Source of the DNA: Rhodoferax sp.
GTDB lineage: Bacteria > Pseudomonadota > Gammaproteobacteria > Burkholderiales > Burkholderiaceae_C
DNA length: 64,000 bases
Assembly (NCBI GenBank): GCA_044373655.1
Contig: JBILPS010000004.1
Coordinates: 6,902 to 70,901 of the forward strand
Direction: 5' to 3'
Shown: positions 10,092 to 20,825 of the stretch, piece by piece
Numbering within the stretch: the first letter of the stretch is position 1
Layout: each line of letters begins with the position of its first letter
Translations under genes and position numbers: made by a program
Notes under the pieces: generated by a model
The model's input: only the letters and a program-made list of their open reading frames with translations
What the model was told of the DNA's origin: nothing
The model's database searches: none

Positions 10092-11288
10092 TTACTCCTG
10101 CGGCAAGGCCAGGGTTCCGGCTTGCACCATGGCGTTTATCTCGTTATCGCTATAGCCCACACCCAGCAGGACCTCCCGCCCATGCTGGCCCAGGCGCGGC
10201 GGGTCTAAGCGCAGGCCCAGGCGCTCACCGTCCAGCGTCAGGGGCAATAAGGGAACAGAGGTCTCCCGCCCGTCGGGCAGCGTCATGGGGGCCAGGCCAC
10301 CGGTTTGCAGCAAATGCGGGTCGGCAAACAAATGCTGCGGGTCGGTGATCAGGGCAAAGGGCAGGCCTTCGCGCTCGAACACGGCAGACAATTCCTCGCG
10401 GGTGTGCAGGGCCAGGCGTTCGCGCAGCAAAGGCATGAGCCAGGCGCGGGCGCGTACGCGGTCGTTATTCGTCGCAATGCGCGTATCGGCATACAAGTCC
10501 GCAAAGCCAAAGGCCTCGCAAAATACCCGCCACTGGGTATCGCCCACCACCGCCAAAAATATCTGTTCGCCGCCCTGCACGCTAAACACATCGTAAATAC
10601 CCCAGGGCGAAATGCGCTCGGGCATGGGCGCGGCGGGCTGGCCGGTGACCGCAAATTGCAGCATGTGCTGGGCCACCAAAAACACATTGTTCTCAAACAG
10701 CGCGGCCTGCACTTGCTGGCCCTGGCCAGTTTGCTGGCGCTGCATTAGCGCGGCCATAGCGCCCATGGCACCGAACACGCCACCCATGATGTCATTGACG
10801 CTGGAGCCCGCACGCAGCGGGTCGCCAGAGCGACCCGTCATATAGGCCAGGCCGCCCATCATTTGCACCACTTCGTCCAAGGCGGTGCGGTGCTCGTAGG
10901 GGCCGGGTAAAAAGCCTTTGTGGCTGACGTAAATCAGGCGCGGGTGGCGCGCTGACAAAGTCGCGTAGTCCAGGCCCAGCTTTTCCATGGTGGCCGGTTT
11001 GAAGTTTTCACTGACGATGTCCGCCCGCGCCACCAGGCGCGCTACCACTTCGCGGCCCGAGGCGCTTTCCAGGTCCAGGGCAATACTTTTTTTATTGCGG
11101 TTGAACAGCGGATAAAACCCGGCGCCCACGCCCAGTAGCTTGCGCGTGCTGTCGCCCGCCAGCGGCTCGACCTTCACGACATCGGCGCCCATATCGCCCA
11201 ACACCATGCCGCAAGTGGGGCCCATGACCATGTGGGTGAACTCGACAACGCGGATGCCGGACAAGGGCAGAGGCTTGGATGTATTCAT
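10092..11288 (-). CDS. CaiB/BaiF (family III) CoA-transferase
   Basis: PLSGIRVVEFTHMVMGP, GADVVKVEP, NRNKKSIALDL, ENFKPATM; start re-called at 11288. Confidence 0.92.
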   Translation of the reverse strand: MNTSKPLPLSGIRVVEFTHMVMGPTCGMVLGDMGADVVKVEPLAGDSTRKLLGVGAGFYPLFNRNKKSIALDLESASGREVVARLVARADIVSENFKPATMEKLGLDYATLSARHPRLIYVSHKGFLPGPYEHRTALDEVVQMMGGLAYMTGRSGDPLRAGSSVNDIMGGVFGAMGAMAALMQRQQTGQGQQVQAALFENNVFLVAQHMLQFAVTGQPAAPMPERISPWGIYDVFSVQGGEQIFLAVVGDTQWRVFCEAFGFADLYADTRIATNNDRVRARAWLMPLLRERLALHTREELSAVFEREGLPFALITDPQHLFADPHLLQTGGLAPMTLPDGRETSVPLLPLTLDGERLGLRLDPPRLGQHGREVLLGVGYSDNEINAMVQAGTLALPQE

Positions 11289-11405
11289 TTTTGTCACTAA
11301 TGGATTGCTTTTTAGCACCATAGTATGCGTCAAAGTATCGAATAGAGTGGTGCACCGTGTAATTTCTTACGCGCGCTATTCCCTGTCTGTTTCCAAGGAG
11401 CCCCT

Positions 11406-13631
11406 ATGGCCACCGCCCGTACCACTATCGGCCGACTGCATGTCGCCACCGTTTTGCAAAACTTTATCGACACGGAAGTGCTGCCCGGCACCGGCGTCAA
11501 GCCGGCCAGATTCTGGAAAGGCTTTAACGCCATCGTGGCCGATCTGGCCCCTCAGAATGCCGCCTTGCTGGTCGAGCGTGAACGTTTGCAAAACGAAATC
11601 GACACCTGGCACCAAGCCCATCCCGGCCCGATTGCCGACATGAAAGCCTACCAAACCTTCTTGAAAGACATTGGTTATTTGGCACCACTGCCGGCCAAAT
11701 CACGCATCATCACGAAAAACGTAGACGGCGAGCTGGCCATTCAAGCAGGCCCGCAGTTGGTAGTGCCGGTGCTTAATGCGCGCTACGCCCTCAACGCCGC
11801 CAATGCGCGCTGGGGCAGCTTGTATGACGCGCTCTACGGCACCGACGTGATTTCCGAAGACGGCGGCGCCACCAAGCTCAGCGCCAGCGGCAAACCCTAT
11901 AACCCCAAGCGCGGCAAAAAAGTCATTGCCTATGCGCGCAAGCTGCTCGACGAAGTCGCCCCGCTGCGCAAAGGCTCGCACAAAGACTGCCTGGCCTATA
12001 GCGTCAAAAACGGCAAACTGACCGTGGCCCTGAAAGACGGCAGCAACACCAGCTTGGCCCTACCAGCGCAATTCAAGGGCTTTCAAGGCATGGCCAAAGC
12101 GCCGTCTTCGGTGCTGTTGGAGCACAACGGTTTGCACCTGGACATCCTGATTGACCGCGACACCCCCATTGGCAAAACCGACGCAGCGGGTGTGTATGAC
12201 CTGGTAATGGAAGCCGCACTATCCACCATCCTGGACCTGGAAGACTCGGTCGCCGTGGTCGATGCCCAGGACAAAGTGCTGGCTTACCGCAACTGGCTGG
12301 GCATTTTGCAAGGCACGCTCACCGAGACGGTAAACAAAGGCGGCAAGAGCTTTGTGCGCGGCCTCAACCCCGACCGCATCTACACGGGCGCGGACGGCAC
12401 GCCCTTAGTACTGCATGGCCGCTCGCTGCTGTTTGTGCGCAACGTGGGCCATTTGATGAGCAACCCGGCCATCACCTACAGCGCCAAAGACGGCAGCACG
12501 CATGAAATCCCGGAAGGTATTTTGGACGCGGTCGTCACTACCGCCATCGCCATCCACGACCTGCAGCGCACCGATGCCGCTGCGGGCCAGGTGCGCAATT
12601 CGCGCAAAGGTTCGGTGTACATCGTCAAGCCCAAGATGCACGGCCCAGCAGAAGTGGCTTTTGCCGATGCATTGTTTGGGCGGGTCGAAGCCTTGCTGGG
12701 CTTGCCCGAAAGCACCGTCAAACTCGGCATCATGGACGAAGAGCGCCGCACCAGCGTCAACTTGCAAGCCTGTATCGCCGCCGCGCGCAGCCGTGTGGCC
12801 TTTATCAACACCGGCTTTTTAGACCGCACCGGCGACGAAATGCACACCGCCATGCACGCCGGCCCCATGATCCGCAAAGCCGAAATGAAAGCGACACCGT
12901 GGATCGCGGCCTACGAGCGCAGCAATGTGCTCGTCGGACTGGCCTGCGGCCTGCGCGGCAAAGCGCAGATCGGTAAAGGCATGTGGGCTATGCCCGACCT
13001 GATGAAGGCCATGGTGGAGCAAAAAATCGTGCACCCCAAAGCCGGTGCCAACACCGCTTGGGTGCCCAGCCCCACCGCCGCCACCTTGCACGCCCTGCAC
13101 TACCACCAGGTACTGGTCAGCGATGTGCAAAAGCAACTGGAAACCGTGGACTTGCGCAAAGAGCGCGCTAGCCTATTGCGCAACTTGCTGACCATCCCCG
13201 TGGCTACCAACACCGACTGGAGCGAGCAAGAGAAACAGCAAGAGCTAGACAACAATGTGCAAGGCATTTTGGGCTATGTGGTGCGCTGGATCGACCAGGG
13301 CGTGGGCTGCTCCAAAGTGCCCGACATCCACAATGTCGGCCTGATGGAAGACCGCGCCACGCTACGTATTTCCAGCCAGCATATTGCCAACTGGCTGCTG
13401 CACCGCATCGTCACCAAAAAGCAAGTGCAAGCCACTTTTGAGCGCATGGCTGCGGTGGTGGACGGGCAAAACGCGGGTGACCCGCTGTACCAACCCATGG
13501 CCGGCCACTTCAAAACATCCAAAGCCTACAAAGCCGCCACCGATTTGGTGTTCAAAGGCCTGGCCCAACCCAGCGGCTACACCGAGCCGCTGCTGCATGC
13601 TTGGCGTTTGAAGGTGAAGGCGCAGCGCTGA
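11406..13631 (+). CDS. glcB: Malate synthase G
   Basis: 741 aa; [63 protein letters not shown]. Confidence 0.97.
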   Translation: MATARTTIGRLHVATVLQNFIDTEVLPGTGVKPARFWKGFNAIVADLAPQNAALLVERERLQNEIDTWHQAHPGPIADMKAYQTFLKDIGYLAPLPAKSRIITKNVDGELAIQAGPQLVVPVLNARYALNAANARWGSLYDALYGTDVISEDGGATKLSASGKPYNPKRGKKVIAYARKLLDEVAPLRKGSHKDCLAYSVKNGKLTVALKDGSNTSLALPAQFKGFQGMAKAPSSVLLEHNGLHLDILIDRDTPIGKTDAAGVYDLVMEAALSTILDLEDSVAVVDAQDKVLAYRNWLGILQGTLTETVNKGGKSFVRGLNPDRIYTGADGTPLVLHGRSLLFVRNVGHLMSNPAITYSAKDGSTHEIPEGILDAVVTTAIAIHDLQRTDAAAGQVRNSRKGSVYIVKPKMHGPAEVAFADALFGRVEALLGLPESTVKLGIMDEERRTSVNLQACIAAARSRVAFINTGFLDRTGDEMHTAMHAGPMIRKAEMKATPWIAAYERSNVLVGLACGLRGKAQIGKGMWAMPDLMKAMVEQKIVHPKAGANTAWVPSPTAATLHALHYHQVLVSDVQKQLETVDLRKERASLLRNLLTIPVATNTDWSEQEKQQELDNNVQGILGYVVRWIDQGVGCSKVPDIHNVGLMEDRATLRISSQHIANWLLHRIVTKKQVQATFERMAAVVDGQNAGDPLYQPMAGHFKTSKAYKAATDLVFKGLAQPSGYTEPLLHAWRLKVKAQR

Positions 13632-13650
13632 ACGTCTGTGCTTTCGCTTC

Positions 13651-13684
13651 AATAAAAACGGCACCTGAGGGTGCCGTTTTTATT
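13651..13684. terminator. Bidirectional intrinsic terminator between glcB and the convergent ABC ATPase gene
   Basis: AATAAAAACGGCACC-TGAG-GGTGCCGTTTTTATT, a perfect 15-bp stem with A/T tails on both sides. Confidence 0.9.
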
Positions 13685-13701
13685 ACTTCAGGTAGCGCGC
13701 C

Positions 13702-14412
13702 TTACACGCCCAAAAACCCAGCCAGCGCCGGATCGCGCAGCAAGTCCTGGCCGCTACCTTGCAGCACCACCTGGCCTTTTTGCAGCACGATAGCGGTGTC
13801 AGCGCGTTCCAGCACTTTGCGGTAGTCGCGGTCCACGATCAGGGTGGCGATGCCGCTTTGGCGTATGCCTTCGATCACGCGCCAGATTTCGGCCACGATC
13901 AAAGGGGCCAGGCCTTCGGTGGCTTCGTCCAGGATGATGAGTTGCGGATGCGTCATCAAGGCACGGCCTATGGACAGCATTTGCTGCTCGCCGCCCGATA
14001 GTTCGGCGCCCAGATTGGACAGGCGCTCGGCCAGGCGGGGGAAGGTGTCCATTACCCGCGCAAAAGGCCAGTCATTACGCCCGTCGGTGCCTGGGCGTGC
14101 AGCCATCACCAGATTTTCGCGTACCGTTAGGTTAGGGAAAACGCCCCGGCCTTCGGGCACATAGGCCACACCCAAGCGTGCCATTTCATGCGGGCGGCTT
14201 TTCGAAACGTCAACACCGAAAGCGCGGATGCTGCCGCTGCGCTCTGTCACATGCCCTAGCAGGGTGCGAATCAGCGTGCTCTTTCCCATGCCGTTGCGCC
14301 CGAGCAAGCCCATGGTCTGGCCGCGTGCAATGTCCAAATCCACGCCATACAAAACCTGACCCGAGCCGTACCAAGCCTCAATCCCGCGTGCTTGCAAAAT
14401 AGTGCCTTGCAT
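13702..14412 (-). CDS. HAAT-family ABC ATP-binding protein (LivF-like), probably aromatic acid uptake
   Basis: GRNGMGKST, LSGGEQQML, LDEATEGLAP; start re-called at 14412. Confidence 0.9.
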   Translation of the reverse strand: MQGTILQARGIEAWYGSGQVLYGVDLDIARGQTMGLLGRNGMGKSTLIRTLLGHVTERSGSIRAFGVDVSKSRPHEMARLGVAYVPEGRGVFPNLTVRENLVMAARPGTDGRNDWPFARVMDTFPRLAERLSNLGAELSGGEQQMLSIGRALMTHPQLIILDEATEGLAPLIVAEIWRVIEGIRQSGIATLIVDRDYRKVLERADTAIVLQKGQVVLQGSGQDLLRDPALAGFLGV

Positions 14413-15164
14413 CAGTGCTCCCCCAAATAGGCGACGCGCACTTCGGGGCTGTTGCGTACCGCCTCGGGGCTGCCGCAAGCAATGAGTTGTCCGTTCACCA
14501 GCACGGTAATCACATCAGCCACGCGAAACACCGCGTCCATATCGTGCTCGATCAGCAGCATGGCGTGACTGGACTTGAGCGCGGTCAGCAATTCGAGCAT
14601 GCGATCGGTTTCTTCAGCGCCCATGCCGGCCAAGGGCTCGTCCAGCAGCAACACCGAAGGCTGCGTGGCCAAGCACATGGCGATTTCGAGTTGACGCTTT
14701 TGCCCGTGCGACAACAAGCCCGCTTCGCGGCCGAGCAAATCTTGCAAGCCCGCTTGCGCGGCAGCGTGGTGCGCCGCTTGCATGGTTTTGGCACAAGCGC
14801 TAGCGCTGCGCCACCAGGCCCAAGGCCGCTGGTGCATGGCCTGCGCTGCGAGGCGGCAGTTTTCCTGCACGGTGAAGCTGGGATAAATCGTGTTGCGCTG
14901 GTAGCTGCGGCCAAGACCAGCGCGGGCGCGGCGCGGCTGGCTCCAGCGGCTTACATCCTGCCCCAGCAAATGCACCGAGCCGGCTGACGCTTCCAACTCG
15001 CCGGAGAGAATGTTGACCAGCGTGGACTTGCCCGCGCCATTGGTGCCAATGACCGCGTGCACGCTACCGCGCGCCAACTCGATAGACACATTGTCCAAGG
15101 CAGTCAGCCCGCCCCAACGGCGGCTGATGCCGGTGCCGCGCAACACAATTTCAGGGCTATGCAT
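14412..15164 (-). CDS. HAAT-family ABC ATP-binding protein (LivG-like)
   Basis: GTNGAGKST, LSHGQKRQLE, LLDEP, IEHDMD; start re-called at 15164. Confidence 0.9.
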   Translation of the reverse strand: MHSPEIVLRGTGISRRWGGLTALDNVSIELARGSVHAVIGTNGAGKSTLVNILSGELEASAGSVHLLGQDVSRWSQPRRARAGLGRSYQRNTIYPSFTVQENCRLAAQAMHQRPWAWWRSASACAKTMQAAHHAAAQAGLQDLLGREAGLLSHGQKRQLEIAMCLATQPSVLLLDEPLAGMGAEETDRMLELLTALKSSHAMLLIEHDMDAVFRVADVITVLVNGQLIACGSPEAVRNSPEVRVAYLGEH

Positions 15165-16173
15165 GGTCTGCCTTCGCTGGCGCTGTTTGCGCCAAAGCGC
15201 CGCCACTATGCGGGGTGCGCAAAAGGCCGAGCAACTGCGCCGGTATGCCCACCAGGCCGCGCGGCAACAAGGCTACGCTGGCGATGATGGTCAGCCCCAG
15301 GCCCAGATGCCAATGCTTGGCAAACTCGCCAAAGATGGCCTCGGAGCGGAAAAATTCTTGCAACAGGGCAAATGCAAATGCACCTATCAGTGCGCCGCGT
15401 AAATGTCCCAAGCCGCCCAAAATAATGATGATGAGCACCTCACCCGAGATATGCCAGCTCATCATTTCCGGGTTTACAAAACCGTCTTTCACTGCAAACA
15501 AAAAACCGGCCAATCCGGCGATTCCGCCCGACACCACAAAAGCCGCCAGCTTGTAGGGATAGGTAGAAAAGCCGGTGGCGCGCATGCGCTGTTCGTTCAC
15601 GCGGATACCGGCCAAGGCATGGCCAAATTGGGAGCGACCCAACAAGGCCAAAAACACAAAGGTGCCCAGTAGGCAGGCCAGCGTGAAGCGGTACATGACC
15701 AGGGGCTTGTCCAGATCCAGCCAGTCGCCCCATGCCGGTTTCATCATCAGGTAAATGCCGTCGGTACCGCCACCTAAGGGCGTGTCGTGCACCACGTAGT
15801 AGGCCATTTGCGCAAAAGCCAAGGTGACCATGATGAAGTACACACCCTTGGTGCGCAGGGACAGCGCGCCCACCACCAGGGCATAGGCTGCGGCCAGCAG
15901 CACGCACAGAGGCAACAAGGTCGCCAGCGAGGCTGGCCCGTCGGATGGCGATAAAAGCACGGTGGCATAAGCCCCTATGCCAAAAAACGCAGCCTGCCCA
16001 AAGCAGACTAGGCCCGTCTTACCCACCAGCAATTCCAGGCTGAGCGCCAGCACCGAAAAAATCATGATCTTGGTGGCCAGGTCCACGCCGAACTTACTCG
16101 CCACATGCGGGAACACGGCCAGCGCCGCAAAGCTGGCCAGCACGAACAAAAATTTAGGAATCTGCGCTCGCAT
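15157..16173 (-). CDS. HAAT-family ABC permease (LivM-like)
   Basis: LLVGKTGLVCFGQAAFFGIGAY, LRTKGVYFIMVTLAFAQM; start re-called at 16173. Confidence 0.9.
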   Translation of the reverse strand: MRAQIPKFLFVLASFAALAVFPHVASKFGVDLATKIMIFSVLALSLELLVGKTGLVCFGQAAFFGIGAYATVLLSPSDGPASLATLLPLCVLLAAAYALVVGALSLRTKGVYFIMVTLAFAQMAYYVVHDTPLGGGTDGIYLMMKPAWGDWLDLDKPLVMYRFTLACLLGTFVFLALLGRSQFGHALAGIRVNEQRMRATGFSTYPYKLAAFVVSGGIAGLAGFLFAVKDGFVNPEMMSWHISGEVLIIIILGGLGHLRGALIGAFAFALLQEFFRSEAIFGEFAKHWHLGLGLTIIASVALLPRGLVGIPAQLLGLLRTPHSGGALAQTAPAKADHA

Positions 16174-17054
16174 TAGCCAGCCTTGAACAATCCATCGGGC
16201 TTCCACAGCAAGATGACCGCCATCAAGACATAGACCAGCACGCCGGCCACCTGCGGCACCAGCACTTTGCCAAAGGTATCGACTACGCCGATCAGCAAGG
16301 AGGCCAGCAGCGCGCCCCGTATCGAGCCAATGCCGCCGATCACCACCACCACAAAGCAAATAATCAGCACCAAACTGCCCATGCCCGGATAGACCGAGGA
16401 CACGGGCGCGGCCACCATGCCGGCCAACACCGCAATCGCCACCCCGGCGGCAAACACCACACGGTATAAAAACTTGATGTCAATGCCCAGCGACTGCACC
16501 ATTTCGCGGTTGGTGCTACCCGCGCGAATCATCATGCCCAGCCGGGTTTTGGCAAATACAAAGTACATGCCCAGCGCCAGCAAGAGGCACACGCCAGAAA
16601 TAAACAGGCGATACACCGGGTAGGTCATCATGTCACCTAGCGGGATGCTGCCGGACAAAAAATCGGGCGCCTGCACGCCATGCACATCGTCACCGACCAG
16701 CAGGCTGCGCAATTCTTCGAAGACCAAAATCAGGCCATACGTCATCAGCACTTGTTGCAAATGCTCGCGGGTGTACAGAAAGCTGTAAAACGCCCATTCC
16801 AGCAAATAGCCTAAGGCCACTGCCACCACCAAACCCAATAGCAAGGTGGTGAAAAAACCGCCGCCCACCGTAGCTGCGACAAAAGGCGCCAAGGCAAAAG
16901 CCATGTAAGCGCCAATCATGTAAAAACTGCCGTGGGCCAGGTTGATAACCCCCATGATGCCAAAGATGAGCGTCAGACCGGAGGCCACCAGAAACAGCAG
17001 TAAGCCGTATTGCAGCGCATTAAGGCACTGGATCAGAAACGTAGTGAGGTCCAT
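16173..17054 (-). CDS. HAAT-family ABC permease (LivH-like)
   Basis: ASGLTLIFGIMGVINLAHGSFYMIGAY, VVVVIGGIGSIRGA; start re-called at 17054. Confidence 0.9.
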   Translation of the reverse strand: MDLTTFLIQCLNALQYGLLLFLVASGLTLIFGIMGVINLAHGSFYMIGAYMAFALAPFVAATVGGGFFTTLLLGLVVAVALGYLLEWAFYSFLYTREHLQQVLMTYGLILVFEELRSLLVGDDVHGVQAPDFLSGSIPLGDMMTYPVYRLFISGVCLLLALGMYFVFAKTRLGMMIRAGSTNREMVQSLGIDIKFLYRVVFAAGVAIAVLAGMVAAPVSSVYPGMGSLVLIICFVVVVIGGIGSIRGALLASLLIGVVDTFGKVLVPQVAGVLVYVLMAVILLWKPDGLFKAG

Positions 17055-17124
17055 AAAAATACAGGGCCGGCCCCACCGCGCAGGGCGGCGGGGCGCAAGC
17101 CCCAAGCGTCATACCCTGAAAAAA

Positions 17125-18312
17125 TTACATCTTGCAGGCGCGGCCCGGGTCGGCCAGTTTGGCGCTGGCCATGCCCACTACTTTGTTTTCCTTTTCCTTG
17201 GCGCTGGTTTGGCGCAGGTAAAAGTCTTGCACTGGGTTGTGCGAAGCAGAGATGGTGAAAGGGCCGCGCGGGCTGTCAATCGTGGCTTTGCGCAAAGCGG
17301 CAGAAATGTCGGTAGCCTTGGTGGCATCGCCTTTGGTGGCGTTCAGGCCAATGGCCAACATTTGCGCTGCGTCATAGCCTTGCACCGCGTACACATCGGG
17401 CTGCATTCTGTAAGTCTTGGCATAGGTCAGCCGGAATGCGTTGTCACGCTTGGTGTTCAGGCTGTCGGCGTAATGCAAGGCCGTGAACAAGCCGTCGGCA
17501 GAGGCTGCTTGCGCATCCAAAATACCTTCGGTCAGAAAGCCCGATCCGTACAAAGGAATCGTGCCTTTGAGGCCCGCGGCCGCATAGTCCTTCACGAATT
17601 TCACCGCGCCACCGCCGGCAAAGAAGGTAAACACTGCGTCCGGCTTGGTTGCGGCGATCTCGGTAAGCAGGCCTTGGAATTCCACATTGGGGAAGGGTAG
17701 GCTCAACTCTTTGACGACGGTACCGCCGCCTTTTTCAAAGCTTTCCTTGAAGCCTTTCACCGACTCGTCGCCAGCCGCGTATTTCCAAGTAATGGTGACA
17801 ACTTTTTTAATGCCTTTTTTGGCCATGACTTCGCCCATGGCATAGCCCGGCTGCCAGTTGGAGAAGGAGCTGCGGAAAATATTGGGGGCGCACATCGCGC
17901 CGGTCACCGCGTCGGCACCCGCGTTGGGTACGATCAGCAAGGTGCCGCTTTCCTTGGCCGCCTTGGCCATGGCCATGGCCACGCCGGAGTGGACGGTGCC
18001 AACGATGACATCGACCTGGTCGCGCTTGATCAATTTGTTGACGTTGTCGGTGGCTTTGGATGGCTCGGACTCATCGTCCACTTTGAAGTACTCCACCTCG
18101 CGACCGGCAATCTTGCCGCCCAACTCGGTGACATGCTGGCGAAATCCGTTTTCGATCGCCGTGCCCAAAGAGGCAAAGGTACCGGTATACGGCAGCATAA
18201 AGCCCACCTTGAGTTTGCCGGTGGTTTGCGCGCTAGCCAAGCTGGCGCTCAAAGCAGTCACTGCCAAAGTAGCGCCGGTCCAACGGACCAGGGAATTAAA
18301 GTTGCCAAGCAT
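17125..18312 (-). CDS. ABC substrate-binding protein (PBP1 HAAT type), probably benzoate/aromatic acid binding
   Basis: Signal peptide; KVGFMLPYTGTFASLG, DDESEP, GTVHSGVAMAM; co-oriented downstream of benzoate-CoA ligase. Confidence 0.88.
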   Translation of the reverse strand: MLGNFNSLVRWTGATLAVTALSASLASAQTTGKLKVGFMLPYTGTFASLGTAIENGFRQHVTELGGKIAGREVEYFKVDDESEPSKATDNVNKLIKRDQVDVIVGTVHSGVAMAMAKAAKESGTLLIVPNAGADAVTGAMCAPNIFRSSFSNWQPGYAMGEVMAKKGIKKVVTITWKYAAGDESVKGFKESFEKGGGTVVKELSLPFPNVEFQGLLTEIAATKPDAVFTFFAGGGAVKFVKDYAAAGLKGTIPLYGSGFLTEGILDAQAASADGLFTALHYADSLNTKRDNAFRLTYAKTYRMQPDVYAVQGYDAAQMLAIGLNATKGDATKATDISAALRKATIDSPRGPFTISASHNPVQDFYLRQTSAKEKENKVVGMASAKLADPGRACKM

Positions 18313-18323
18313 GCGATGTCTCC

Positions 18324-19115
18324 TTATAGGTGTTGCAAAAACTTAAATACTGCCGCGATCAGTCGCTCTGCTTGATCGCGGTGCGGCTCATGGCCGCATG
18401 CCTCGAATGTTAAGAGCTCAGTTCTCGAATGGTGCCTGGCCAGCGTCTGAATGTGGGCCAGCGTGCCGTATTCATCATCCAATCCCTGCACCGCCAAAAC
18501 CGGGCAGCCCAGAGTCGCGATTGTGTCAGTAATTGCCCAGGGGGCGAAATCGGGCGCCAGCCAAGCCTGACTCCAGCACTGAAAGAGGGCCGGCGCGTCC
18601 CGATGGTGCTTGCCAAGCCGCGCCAACAAAGGTTTACAGACCGCCTGCGCTTGCAAAGCCGCAATGGCGGCGATGGTTTTCGGTTCAACAAACAAATGCG
18701 GCGCCAGCGCAACAACCGCCCGGCAATGTCCCAGATGCATCGCCGCATATAACAGGGCGATCGATGCGCCGTCACTGTGGCCCAGTAACACCGGCGGCTC
18801 ACGCACTTGCAGCGCTTGTAGCAGGGCCGGCAAGACCGCGCAGGCTTGGCGGTGCATAAAGTCGATGCCCCATGGCTGTGCGGGCGCAAGGTCTTGGGAC
18901 TGCCCATAAGCCGGGCGCGAATAGACCAAGCCTCGGCACCCAAGGCGCTGGCAAAGCAGCGCGGGAAAGCCCTTCCACAGGGCCAATGACCCCAAGCCTT
19001 CATGCAAAAAAACTATGACCGAGCCAGGCGCATCGGTGGCGCCTAGCCATTGGTACTCGATGCGGGCCTGGCCGCCGGCATAGGCAATTTCTTGCCATTG
19101 CACCGGCTCGCTCAT
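18324..19115 (-). CDS. Alpha/beta-fold hydrolase associated with the box cluster
   Basis: FLHEGLGS oxyanion motif, GHSDG nucleophile elbow, QGLDDEYG, CGHEPH. Confidence 0.85.
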   Translation of the reverse strand: MSEPVQWQEIAYAGGQARIEYQWLGATDAPGSVIVFLHEGLGSLALWKGFPALLCQRLGCRGLVYSRPAYGQSQDLAPAQPWGIDFMHRQACAVLPALLQALQVREPPVLLGHSDGASIALLYAAMHLGHCRAVVALAPHLFVEPKTIAAIAALQAQAVCKPLLARLGKHHRDAPALFQCWSQAWLAPDFAPWAITDTIATLGCPVLAVQGLDDEYGTLAHIQTLARHHSRTELLTFEACGHEPHRDQAERLIAAVFKFLQHL

Positions 19116-20695
19116 GCCTGCCCCGCCGACAAAGCCCGCAATTTGAAGCGCTGAATTTTGCCCGTAGCGGTCTTGGGCAGTTCGGCCACAAACTCAATCA
19201 TGCGCGGGTATTTGAAGGGCGCCAGCCGGTCTTTGACAAAGGCTTTGAGCTCCTCGGCGCTCACCTCCTGCCCCGCTTTGCGCACTACATAAGCTTTGGT
19301 TTTGGTCAGGCCCTGGGCGTCCAGCACGCCGATCACCGCAGCCTCGAGCACCGCCGGGTGCTCTATCAGCGTGGACTCGACTTCAAACGGCGACACATAC
19401 ACGCCGCTGACTTTGAGCATGTCGTCGCTGCGGCCGCTGTAGGTGTAGCTGCCGTCCGCATTGCGAATGTATTTGTCGCCGCTGCGGGTCCAGGCGCCTT
19501 GAAAGGTCTCGATGGTTTTTTCGCGGTTACCCCAGTACAGCATGGCTGCGCTGGGGCCCCGGATAAACAAGTCGCCCGTCTCGCCGTCGGGCACGGCCTG
19601 GCCGGCGTCGTCGCGCAGCGCGATGTCGTAGCCCGGCACCGGCCAGCCGGTGGTGCCGTAGCGCACCTGGTCGGGCCGATTGGAAAGGTAGATATGCAGC
19701 ATCTCGGTCGAGCCTATGCCATCGACGATATCCACCCCGAAATGCGCTTTGAAACGCTGACCGATGTCAGCCGGTAATGCCTCACCCGCCGAAGAAACCA
19801 GGCGCAAAGCCATGGTCTGGGCCGCAGATAAGGCCGGGGAGGCCAGCATCGCCGCAAACAAGGTGGGCGCGCCGTAAAACGCCGTGGGTTTTTGAGCGCC
19901 CACGCCGCCTTGCAGGCGGTGGAACACCGCATCGGGCGTAGGCCGCTCGGCCATCAAGACGGTGGTCGCGCCCACGCTCAAGGGAAAACTCAGGGCATTG
20001 CCCAGGCCATAGGCAAAAAATAATTTGGCGGCGGAAAAACAGACATCCCCCGCGTGCAAAGCCAGCACATCCTGCCCGTACAGCTTGGCCGTCCAGTAGG
20101 GATTGGCATGGCTGTGGACCGTGGCCTTGGGCCGACCGGTAGAGCCGGAGGAAAACAGCCAAAAGCCCAGGTCTTGCGGATGCGTGAGCGCGCAATGCGC
20201 CAGCACTGGCTGCGTTGCCAGCCAGTCTTCCATCGCTACGCAGCCTTCGGGCAGCGGATGCACAGCGCGCGAGACGACCACCTGGCGTAACTCGTGCAGG
20301 CCCAGGGCCATGGCTTCCAACAAGACCGGCAACAAGGCCTGTGAAACCACGGCCAGTTGCGAGCGGCTTTTTGCCAGCATGTAGGCGTAATCCTCGGCCT
20401 TGAGCAAGGTATTGGCCGCTACCGGCACGCTGGCGCAATACATAGCGCCCAAAAATGCGCAGGGCCAGTCGATGCAGTCGTGCATCAGCAAAAACACCCG
20501 CTCCTCGCGCCGCACGCCAGTGGCCTGCAATGCGGCTGCCACAGCCTGCACCTGGTGGGCCAGTTCGCCATAGCGCAGTTCGCGCTGGTCGTCCACATAG
20601 GCCAGGCGCGCCGCGTGGCCGGTATTGCAGTCCAGCAGGTACTGCGCGAAGTTAAACACTTCACCCTGCGGGTCCATCGCAGTGGTTTCTGCCAT
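19112..20695 (-). CDS. bclA: Benzoate-CoA ligase
   Basis: FSSGSTGRPKATVHSH AMP-binding loop, FSAAKLFFAYGLGN, DGIGSTEMLHI, GRSDDMLKVSG; adjacent to boxR/boxCBA. Confidence 0.93.
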   Translation of the reverse strand: MAETTAMDPQGEVFNFAQYLLDCNTGHAARLAYVDDQRELRYGELAHQVQAVAAALQATGVRREERVFLLMHDCIDWPCAFLGAMYCASVPVAANTLLKAEDYAYMLAKSRSQLAVVSQALLPVLLEAMALGLHELRQVVVSRAVHPLPEGCVAMEDWLATQPVLAHCALTHPQDLGFWLFSSGSTGRPKATVHSHANPYWTAKLYGQDVLALHAGDVCFSAAKLFFAYGLGNALSFPLSVGATTVLMAERPTPDAVFHRLQGGVGAQKPTAFYGAPTLFAAMLASPALSAAQTMALRLVSSAGEALPADIGQRFKAHFGVDIVDGIGSTEMLHIYLSNRPDQVRYGTTGWPVPGYDIALRDDAGQAVPDGETGDLFIRGPSAAMLYWGNREKTIETFQGAWTRSGDKYIRNADGSYTYSGRSDDMLKVSGVYVSPFEVESTLIEHPAVLEAAVIGVLDAQGLTKTKAYVVRKAGQEVSAEELKAFVKDRLAPFKYPRMIEFVAELPKTATGKIQRFKLRALSAGQA

Positions 20696-20825
20696 GTTGC
20701 TTGCTCCTCTTTATTGCTCGCTTGCTGCCTCACTTTGCGAATCGCCGCACGCTTGATGCGCTGCGCCCATGGGTGAGCCCCTATTGCGATCGCTTGCTCT
20801 GGCCCGCTTGCGGCTTCCGAAAAAA

